A DNA stretch of 64,000 nt from a virus. Below are positions 57,094 to 64,000 of the stretch, in pieces; the stretch's first letter is position 1, and each line of letters starts with the position of its first letter. The notes beneath the pieces are model-generated. The model ran no database searches. It was not told the DNA's origin and was given only the letters and a program-made list of their open reading frames with translations. Where the stretch lies: IMG/VR virus record IMGVR_UViG_3300044837_000112, positions 14,972 through 78,971 of that record. The stretch is one strand, 5' to 3'. The position numbers were made by a program, and so were the translations under genes.

Positions 57094-57950
57094 CGTAATG
57101 CATTACAGTTCCCAGGTGGCCTGAACCTAGACACCTGAAATGTTAAGCTGGTACAGCACGGTAGTCCCCAAGCGCGGCATTGCGTCCGGCTGCGGAAACC
57201 CGGGGCTGTTCTCGGTGGCTGACTGATGAGCCTGTGCACATCCTGGTGGAACCTGGGAAGGTGTACTGCCCCTGGCCGGACCAAGCACGAGGGGCGCCTA
57301 AATAATGCAAGCCAGCATGCGCCCGAGGAGCCGGAAGCAAACTCCGGACAATGTACAGAGCGGCTGTTTGAGAACAGAGATCGATCACCTGGTTGTCAAG
57401 GCAACGTGCCCCTAGCCCTGCCGAGTTGTTGACTACGGAGGATTTAAAGGGGAGTGCACCTCGTTACCGGGACGACTCATATCGAGAACTGCGAACAGTG
57501 GTCGGTGGTTAGATCCCATCTACTGGCACGGGAAGTAGCAACTACAGAACTATGCGAGAGTTGGCACTGGTGGGCGAGCGTGCGCCGCGTCCCTCATCTT
57601 CGAGGGGTTGGGTGAGGGCTCGCGATACTGAGCCGTGATGACGTTCAGTCGCGCCATCGTGGATCAGTGCCAACTCTCGGATAGTTCTGGGATTGGGTCT
57701 AGTGCCAGAGGTTCTCGGTTGTTAGCCGAGGTGTCCCGAGGTAGAGATCAAGTACCGGCAAGTGCGAACGGCTGAAAGCCTACACTGGTTGCCGCCAGAA
57801 AGGTGTACAGTCGGCCAGAGCTATCTGGCCGGGCTGGCTAACAATTGAAGACAGTACAGGCCTCATAAGCCTGTGCGGCGAGGTTCGCTGCGGTACGACT
57901 CGCGTCTGATAGTCCTGCCAGCCCGGTCTACCTTAATCTCACAGTCAGGA
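57094..57950 (+). ncRNA. Long structured non-coding region among tRNAs
   Basis: No convincing ORF; stems 57206-57213/57370-57377 and 57545-57569/57665-57689, Met-like anticodon arm 57856-57874. Confidence 0.55.
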
Positions 57951-57958
57951 GGTGCACC

Positions 57959-58285
57959 GTGGACTTCATCACCGCGAGTGCTCAGTATCCGAACGATCCG
58001 AACCACGCTTCTGCCCTGCTGGTGCTCATCGCGGCCCTGATGGTCGTTGGCATAGCTGCTGCTGCGATACGGGTCATCCTAGCGACCGGTCGGACCGTCG
58101 AGGAGCCGCCTATCGACGGTGTGCGTGGCCCACTGGCCCCCGTGGTGGCCCCAGTGGAGTTCCCACGTACGCTGGATGACCTGGCCCACCACGCCAACCA
58201 GTACGACGTTAATATGTACGGGCGACACGCCGGAACTAACACGGGCACCTTCACTGTCGTTCGCCACAAGATGAATCTAGGATAG
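57959..58285 (+). CDS. Membrane protein
   Basis: AGGAGG RBS; one TM helix. Confidence 0.7.
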   Translation: MDFITASAQYPNDPNHASALLVLIAALMVVGIAAAAIRVILATGRTVEEPPIDGVRGPLAPVVAPVEFPRTLDDLAHHANQYDVNMYGRHAGTNTGTFTVVRHKMNLG

Positions 58286-58321
58286 ATTAGATCAGCTAAA
58301 TGAAAGAGGGGCGACAAGGGT

Positions 58322-58546
58322 ATGAGCCAGATTCACTTGTACATCAAGCGAACGGTCGACCACTATCCGGACAGTATGCATTCATGGTCGGATGTCGAGG
58401 CATTGAAAGCCGACCTGATCCGCACGGACGACTTTGAGGATCGGAACGCCAAAGTCGTCGCGTGGGCGGAAAGCGACAGTACCGAGCCACTCGTGATCGA
58501 GTCGCCGGTGACGGTTTCCATCTACACCTACACCAAGAGTAAGTAG
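58322..58546 (+). CDS. Hypothetical protein
   Basis: AAGGG RBS; compact ORF. Confidence 0.65.
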   Translation: MSQIHLYIKRTVDHYPDSMHSWSDVEALKADLIRTDDFEDRNAKVVAWAESDSTEPLVIESPVTVSIYTYTKSK

Positions 58547-58559
58547 GAGATCAGCTAGC

Positions 58560-58634
58560 GGTCCCATACGTCTCAATGGAGAGCGGCGCTGAGCGCGCTG
58601 AGCGCGTGTCCAGGTTCAAGTCCTGGCGGGACCA
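58560..58634 (+). tRNA. Atypical tRNA-Leu(GAG)-like RNA
   Basis: Acceptor GGTCCCA/CGGGACC, arm CGGCG-CTGAGCG-CGCTG, 9-nt variable loop, T arm CCAGG-TTCAAGT-CCTGG; C at position 37. Confidence 0.6.
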
Positions 58635-58821
58635 CGATATACCCCGGTGCTAGCTCCCTCGTGGGCTTACATCGGGCCGGGCGAGAACAATCGAGATTAA
58701 CGTGATCTTCCAAAATCTCGCCATCCCACTTCTCGACCCTGACCTGCAGGCACAGGTCGATGTGGGTGCTGGACTCGACTAGACGCGCACTCGCATCGCG
58801 CCGGTAGTCGAGTCCAGCCAC

Positions 58822-58967
58822 GGGACCAGTAGTAGAAATGGTAACACGCTCGCTAGACAGGTAGGCCACTCTGCACGACTCCTTCTGTTGTTGTTTGTCG
58901 CTCTGCACAGTAATATCCGGCCTGCAGTACCTGTCGAGAGATGTCAGTTCGATCCTGACCTGGTCCC
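58822..58967 (+). ncRNA. tRNA-scaffold RNA with ~85-nt insert replacing the anticodon loop; G-1:C73 (His-like)
   Basis: GGGACCAG/CTGGTCCC, D loop AATGGTA, T arm GTCAG-TTCGATC-CTGAC, insert helix GACAGGTA/TACCTGTC. Confidence 0.7.
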
Positions 58968-58997
58968 CGCAAGTCATCAAACCCCTGGAAGGTGACA

Positions 58998-59306
58998 ATG
59001 GAACGCAAGATCAAGTTGACCCAGCACCTCCTCGGCATGACCCCGTTCGTTCTTATCCAGTGGGAGCTGGACGAGCTGAACGAGCCGGTGATGAAGTTTA
59101 CGGCCGACGCCTTCGGTTCCAAGAAGGAGATCGTCGAGACGCTCGCCTACGCATTGACCAGCGTGATCCCGCAACTCGAGGGAGAGGAGCTGTCCAGATG
59201 GATCGACGTTAAAGATACGCTCGACGCGCTCATCGAGGCGTCGGGCGATACCACCACGGTCACAGTGACCACCAAAGAAGTAGCGCAAGAATCTGACCGG
59301 CCCTAG
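58998..59306 (+). CDS. Hypothetical protein
   Basis: GGAAGGTGA RBS before ATG 58998. Confidence 0.65.
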   Translation: MERKIKLTQHLLGMTPFVLIQWELDELNEPVMKFTADAFGSKKEIVETLAYALTSVIPQLEGEELSRWIDVKDTLDALIEASGDTTTVTVTTKEVAQESDRP

Positions 59307-59329
59307 GAACCAAGGGTAATCCGGCCAGC

Positions 59330-59400
59330 GGTGGCTAGCTTAAGTAAAGCGTCCGCGTCCAATAATCGCGGAGATCCAGGTTCGAGTCCGGGGCCTACCA
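59330..59400 (+). tRNA. Atypical tRNA-like RNA with 9-nt anticodon loop
   Basis: D stem GCTT/AAGC, TCCGCG-TCCAATAAT-CGCGGA, T-loop TTCGAGT, bulged acceptor GGTGGC/GCCTACC. Confidence 0.6.
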
Positions 59401-59446
59401 CGCGGCACTGTCCAGTGCAGCAGAACATCTATCCAAAGGACAGAAG

Positions 59447-60337
59447 TTGAAGAACTTCATCAAGCGTCCCAGTCGGCGAGTCATCCTCGCCGGTGCTGCG
59501 ACCGTCGCACTGATCGTGGGCGGACTGGTCGCAACCCAGGCGTACGCGTCGGGCACGGCCAAGCCGCTCGCCGGTCACGTGTACCAGGAATGCGTCAATA
59601 CCACGAACCTCGACGTGCATGTCACGCTCGGCAGTAAGTGCGCGACCGGCTACGTCCCCTTCACGCCGAAGGGCCTCGCGGGAGCGACCGGCAAGCAGGG
59701 CATCCAGGGCATCCAGGGTGTTCCCGGCGCAATTGGTGCCACGGGGGCAACTGGCGCCCCGGGTACTCCCGGCACCTCGGCGGTCGTCGTGTTCACTGCC
59801 TCCACGTCGGTCTCGGATCGCGACGACTCGGGCACGGACAACACCAACTGGGCAACCGACGCCTTCATTCGGTCGGCGACGCTGACTCGTACCGGCGAGG
59901 TGACCGCGAGTCACTGTGACGGTGTGGTCGCTCACTGCTTCAGCTACGTGCTCGATCTCAACGACAGTGGCTCGTTCCTGACGAACGTCGGCGCGCATGC
60001 TCCAAACGACAGCAGCGCAACGATCAGCGGTCGAGTCGCTGGCAGCATGACTGGTGGTGGCACGATCGACTTCTACGCGTCCACCACGGCCGCTGACGCA
60101 GGTCTCGTCGATGCCACGCTGACCGGCGATGTGCCTTCGACCGTCGGCTGGGGCGGCGAGTTCTTCGTCTCCGGTACGCACCTGTCACATCAGCACTTCG
60201 TGACCGGCGGCTGGACCTACACGGCGCCGAACACCTGTGAGCAGTGGGTCGACAGTGATCTGACCAGCTGGGGCTCGCTGGACCCGCCCAACTCGAACGC
60301 CGCTGGCGACGTCAAGGGCATCAACCTCTGCAGCTGA
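59447..60337 (+). CDS. Secreted protein with collagen-like G-X-Y repeats
   Basis: Signal peptide, about 11 G-X-Y triplets, beta-rich C-terminal domain; AAAGGA RBS, TTG start. Confidence 0.75.
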   Translation: MKNFIKRPSRRVILAGAATVALIVGGLVATQAYASGTAKPLAGHVYQECVNTTNLDVHVTLGSKCATGYVPFTPKGLAGATGKQGIQGIQGVPGAIGATGATGAPGTPGTSAVVVFTASTSVSDRDDSGTDNTNWATDAFIRSATLTRTGEVTASHCDGVVAHCFSYVLDLNDSGSFLTNVGAHAPNDSSATISGRVAGSMTGGGTIDFYASTTAADAGLVDATLTGDVPSTVGWGGEFFVSGTHLSHQHFVTGGWTYTAPNTCEQWVDSDLTSWGSLDPPNSNAAGDVKGINLCS

Positions 60338-60490
60338 CCCGCAGACGCCTACCCCGGTAGGCGAGTCAGCTGGAGGAGTAATACCGTACTGCATGCTGTA
60401 ACGCGAAGACGCGGGTCACCCTTCAACGGCGAAGGTCTGGCCCGCGTCTTCGTGAAGAGCTAGAAACCAACCTGGAAGAGGTAACACTGC

Positions 60491-61192
60491 ATGACTGACA
60501 CACGCATCCCCGAGCCCGCGCTGCCCGCCGCCCGTATCGGTGGCGTGAACAACCTGGAGCCGCTGATCGGCGAGGGGGTCGAGAAGGAGCCGATGCTGCT
60601 GCTCGACACGACTGGCAGCATGAGCTACCCGATCGCCGAGGGCTCGGCCATCACCCGCAAGGATCTGGTCGGCGAAGCACTCGGCGCGCTTGTCGGTGCG
60701 CTCGAGGCGTTCGACAGCCAGGCGCTCGACGAGGCTGCCGCTGGCGAGGACGCTGGCGGTGTTATGACTATCACCTTCGCTGGTGGCTTCGCCACCAATA
60801 TCGGCGACCTCGCGCGTAGGAACTGGCGAGAGAAGTGGGACAAGATTCAGTGGGGCGGCGGCACTGCCATCATGCCCGGCTGGGCCCTGCTCGAGGAGAC
60901 GTATGCGGATGAGTTCGGCGACCGGCCGAACCTCGACCGGCCGAACATTCTCGGCATCGTCGTGACCGACGGCGAGCTGACCGACGCTGCTCAGTTCGAG
61001 GCGACCCTGCGGGCGACCAGCTCGCGTACCTTCGTCGTGATCGCACTGGTCGGCTACGGCACCGAGCACGACGACGCGCTGCGTTCATACCAGAAGATCG
61101 CCGAGACGAACAAGCGCATCCGCGTCGTCTCGTTCGACAGCGAGACGGACCCGCTGCAGATCGCGGCCGACCTGCTCGAGCTGGTCAAGTAA
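60491..61192 (+). CDS. von Willebrand factor A (vWA) domain protein
   Basis: MIDAS-like LLDTTGSM, GGT, IVVTDG. Confidence 0.85.
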   Translation: MTDTRIPEPALPAARIGGVNNLEPLIGEGVEKEPMLLLDTTGSMSYPIAEGSAITRKDLVGEALGALVGALEAFDSQALDEAAAGEDAGGVMTITFAGGFATNIGDLARRNWREKWDKIQWGGGTAIMPGWALLEETYADEFGDRPNLDRPNILGIVVTDGELTDAAQFEATLRATSSRTFVVIALVGYGTEHDDALRSYQKIAETNKRIRVVSFDSETDPLQIAADLLELVK

Positions 61193-61196
61193 GGTT

Positions 61197-61298
61197 TTCC
61201 CGGTAGTTTAAAGGCAGAACACCAGGAGATTGTACCGGACAGGGATCAAGTAGAGCCCTGGCGGCCTGGAGGTGCGGGTTCGAGTCCCGCTCGGGAAG
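61197..61298 (+). ncRNA. tRNA-scaffold RNA with 38-nt structured anticodon loop
   Basis: Acceptor TTCCCGG/TCGGGAA, D arm GTTT-AAAGGCA-GAAC, stem CCAGG/CCTGG, T arm GCGGG-TTCGAGT-CCCGC, G73. Confidence 0.75.
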
Positions 61299-61327
61299 CG
61301 TAAGTCATCAAACCCCTGGAGGTATCT

Positions 61328-61750
61328 ATGACACAGAACAAAAACAAGAAGATCGTGACCGACGCCGAACTGGCGAACGATCTGCGTCAGGCCTGGAGTC
61401 TCACCGGCACGATACTTATCGCTAGTGAGATATTCTGGGTCCTCTGGCTGATTCGGATCGCCCAGCCATACTGGTATGCCGAGCTGTTCCTCGTGAGTAT
61501 CCTGATACTGAACGTCGTCGGCTTTGCGGCTGGGCCGAGGCTTAACCGTATCAAGTACCAGCGGTACATCCTCGCGCGCGCCCAGGTCAAGGCGATCATG
61601 GCGATGAACAGCCAGCCGAACCTGGACTTCGTCGGACCGTCCGCTGCGACGATCGACGAGACCAGCTACATGCTCGGCTACTGCAACGCTACCGCCACCG
61701 TTGCCCTGCTGCTGAAGAAGGTCGAAGACCTACAGAAGGCGGGCGACTAG
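61328..61750 (+). CDS. Membrane protein (two TM helices)
   Basis: GGAGG RBS; two hydrophobic segments. Confidence 0.7.
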   Translation: MTQNKNKKIVTDAELANDLRQAWSLTGTILIASEIFWVLWLIRIAQPYWYAELFLVSILILNVVGFAAGPRLNRIKYQRYILARAQVKAIMAMNSQPNLDFVGPSAATIDETSYMLGYCNATATVALLLKKVEDLQKAGD

Positions 61751-61752
61751 CT

Positions 61753-62010
61753 ATGCCCAAGCAGAAAAAGCGCAACTGGCGCTGGCGGATATTCAAGGAC
61801 CCAGTACCCGACGGCGACGGTAGGCACTGGCGCGTCCAGCTGATCTTCGATGTCGCCGAGCCAGCGATGCACGCCCATACATACAGCCAGGCGGCATGTA
61901 TTTCTGTGGTCTATCACTATGAGCGATGGCTCAGTACCCACAAGAACTGGAAGTCCAAGCAGGCCGCTCTGTACCGTACTGTTTTCACTGAACGGAGGCA
62001 CTGGCGATGA
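61753..62010 (+). CDS. Basic Trp-rich hypothetical protein
   Basis: AAGGCGGG upstream; operon spacing. Confidence 0.6.
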   Translation: MPKQKKRNWRWRIFKDPVPDGDGRHWRVQLIFDVAEPAMHAHTYSQAACISVVYHYERWLSTHKNWKSKQAALYRTVFTERRHWR

Positions 62011-62145
62011 CGCGTGATCACGAGGACATCATCGCCGACGCTCTCGCACAGGTGGTGATGACAGGTCGGGCTACGGTCGACCTGTGCAATGGCCTAGTAG
62101 TCAACATCGATTATCCCAAGACGGAGCCAGAGAAGGAGGAGACGG

Positions 62146-62715
62146 ATGCAGACATTCCTGGCGGTCCCTGACTTCGCCGAGTCGGCCAAGACGCTTGACC
62201 TGAAGCGCCTCGACAGGCAGCGGACCGAGGCACTCGGCATTCTGAGCACGCTGCTCGGTACGTCGAGCCTCGGTCGCGACCTGTCCAATCACCCAGCCGT
62301 GGTGATGTGGCGTGGCTACGAGGGCGAGCTGTTCCGTTACGGCATGACCATCTGCAAGGAGTACGAGGCGCGCGGTTACAAGGACGGCGTCGGCCTTCGA
62401 CTCGTGGAACTGTTCACCGATGCGCTCAAGCATGATCGCGTCAAGAATCGGCTTAGCCTGAAACCCTACTGGCTCGGTGTTGAGGGGTTTCACCTCAGCC
62501 ATCGGTCCAACCTGTTGCGAATGGACCCCGAGCACTATCGGAGGTTCTGGCCCAATGATTCCGACGAACTGGACTACGTGTGGCCTAAGTTCCGGCCAGA
62601 CGTGCAAGGACCATGGGAGCCACGGGGGCCGCTGGATCACGGGACCACTAGGGCCCATCTGGCTGCCCTTGCGGGCGCCCGTGGCTCCGACGAAGAGGTT
62701 TTGGCGGATAGTTAA
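62146..62715 (+). CDS. Pyrimidine-dimer DNA glycosylase (DenV / MSMEG_6728-like)
   Basis: MQTFL..PDF..SA..LD.KRL..QR.E, HPAV.MWRGY, RGYKD, P.WLG, SHRSNLLR.DP.HY. Confidence 0.88.
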   Translation: MQTFLAVPDFAESAKTLDLKRLDRQRTEALGILSTLLGTSSLGRDLSNHPAVVMWRGYEGELFRYGMTICKEYEARGYKDGVGLRLVELFTDALKHDRVKNRLSLKPYWLGVEGFHLSHRSNLLRMDPEHYRRFWPNDSDELDYVWPKFRPDVQGPWEPRGPLDHGTTRAHLAALAGARGSDEEVLADS

Positions 62716-62939
62716 GAGACTACAGAAGCCGGCGGCCGTCATTCTGGCTGCAGCGATCACCGCAAGGGGACTGCTGCAGCTGGATGGCGACAACGCGACA
62801 CAGGCGATGAAGCCCTACGTTCTCCTGATCCTGTTCGTCCTGTTTCTGGCGGGCATGCCGAGACGTCGCCAGCGTGCCAGCTTCAAGAAAAGGCTACGTC
62901 GTACCACGAATCATAGAATCCCTACGAAAGGACTGCACA

Positions 62940-63512
62940 GTGAGTGAAGAAGTTGTGGACGCTGTCGGGCAGCACGAGGCTGACGAAGCTCGGCTCGTCA
63001 TCGATGCCGAACTGGCAAAAGACCCCGAAGGCCTGTTCGCACCCATCGAAACGCTGAAGTCCGATCCCAGTATCAACGTCGAGATCATCGTCACCCTGCC
63101 GGACGGCACCAAGAAGTCCGAGAACTGGGAGTACGAAGACCTGGACCTCTCGAGCATCGCCGACGGCGGCCTTACCGCCGACATCATGTCGGACGTCGGC
63201 GACTTCATCGAAGACCAAGGCATCTTCGATGACATCGAACTCGACGACGAGGACGACGAAGATGAGGATGATGAAGACGAGGACGAAGACGACGACGAAG
63301 ACGACGGACAAGACGAAGACGAGGACGAAGATTCGAACGAAGACGAAGACGCCTCTGCCCTCGTTGCCCACGATGCCGCCGTCGGCCTTCCCGGCGAAGC
63401 CGACGGCTACATCGACGGCAACCCGGAGCTGGGCGGATCGTCGCTCGAGCCGCCGCGTGTCGGCGAGTCCGGCATCGATCACCCTCTCCATGCCGACCCG
63501 CACGGAGAGTAG
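62940..63512 (+). CDS. Highly acidic protein with Asp/Glu tract
   Basis: AAAGGA RBS before GTG 62940; ~38-residue D/E-rich run. Confidence 0.7.
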   Translation: MSEEVVDAVGQHEADEARLVIDAELAKDPEGLFAPIETLKSDPSINVEIIVTLPDGTKKSENWEYEDLDLSSIADGGLTADIMSDVGDFIEDQGIFDDIELDDEDDEDEDDEDEDEDDDEDDGQDEDEDEDSNEDEDASALVAHDAAVGLPGEADGYIDGNPELGGSSLEPPRVGESGIDHPLHADPHGE

Positions 63513-63657
63513 CAAGCAGCGACTCGGCGCTGGCCAGCGAGTGACCTGGCCACGGGGTTAGGCCGAGAGCGGGTGCGCGGTAGGCGAGGCTGTGGGAAGC
63601 GGCCTACCGCGCATCGTCCCCAGGAAAACTTGGGTAACCGTACTATGAGGAGACACT

Positions 63658-63891
63658 GTGCTGAAGACGCTCTTGGTTCTCACCGTCGCCGTGGGCGCTG
63701 CTGCCTTCAAGTCCGAAGAGGTCCGCATGGGCCTCGGCATGGTCGTGAAGGGTGCTGTCAAGGAGGTGCTCGCTGCGAAGGCGTTGCTGGAGGATAACCT
63801 GGACGAGCAGGATAACCTGGACGAGCCGGGCATCGACGGCCAGCCGTCTTATGCCAGCGAAGCCCCATTCTACGGCAACGGTCCGGCCTAA
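63658..63891 (+). CDS. Hypothetical protein
   Basis: GAGGAG RBS before GTG; hydrophobic N-terminus. Confidence 0.6.
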   Translation: MLKTLLVLTVAVGAAAFKSEEVRMGLGMVVKGAVKEVLAAKALLEDNLDEQDNLDEPGIDGQPSYASEAPFYGNGPA

Positions 63892-63910
63892 GTACAACGG
63901 ACAGAGTCGT

Positions 63911-63949
<39 letters not shown>

Positions 63950-64000
63950 CGGGCGGGCGCCGGCCGCGCCGGGCGGCGGGGGGCGAGGCGGCCCCCCCGC

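Noticed and set aside
57223-57260. Hammerhead ribozyme from CTGATGAG
   Set aside because: No GAAA core at the required position after a stem II, and no matching cleavage triplet found.
57201-57530. tmRNA (GGGGCTG start and downstream T-arm)
   Set aside because: The 3' acceptor strand TACTGGC does not pair with GGGGCTG, there is no G3:U70, and no tag reading frame is evident.

Overview
A near-complete genome of a tailed (siphovirus-type) actinobacteriophage. Host assignment rests on WhiB, Orn, an MSMEG_6728-like glycosylase, actinobacterial-type parS sites and high GC. Layout: (1) 1-12.1 kb, + strand, DNA metabolism genes (SSB-like, SNF2 helicase, Orn, DnaN clamp, RusA, DNA methyltransferase, WhiB, Cas4-like nuclease). 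(2) 12.2-42 kb, - strand, late operon (terminase, portal, protease/scaffold, decoration, capsid, neck, tail tube, frameshifted chaperones, tape measure, tail tip, holins, endolysin). (3) 42.4-45.8 kb, + strand, AEP primase and Zn-finger/helicase, followed by a repeat-rich putative origin. (4) 48-64 kb, + strand, early/accessory region. I recognise no integrase, repressor, DNA polymerase, ParA or ParB. The unusual biology is in the accessory arm. Five abutting gene cassettes (48.2-51.7 kb) are each closed by their own 26-38 bp inverted repeat, overlaid with six perfect chromosomal-type parS palindromes and flanked by CTAG-dense non-coding blocks. A tRNA cluster contains several tRNA scaffolds with non-canonical or greatly enlarged anticodon domains, among other long-stem RNAs. 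A 12-14 nt motif before several early start codons is complementary to the 5' end of a short leftward transcript. All calls are by eye from sequence and motifs; no searches were run.
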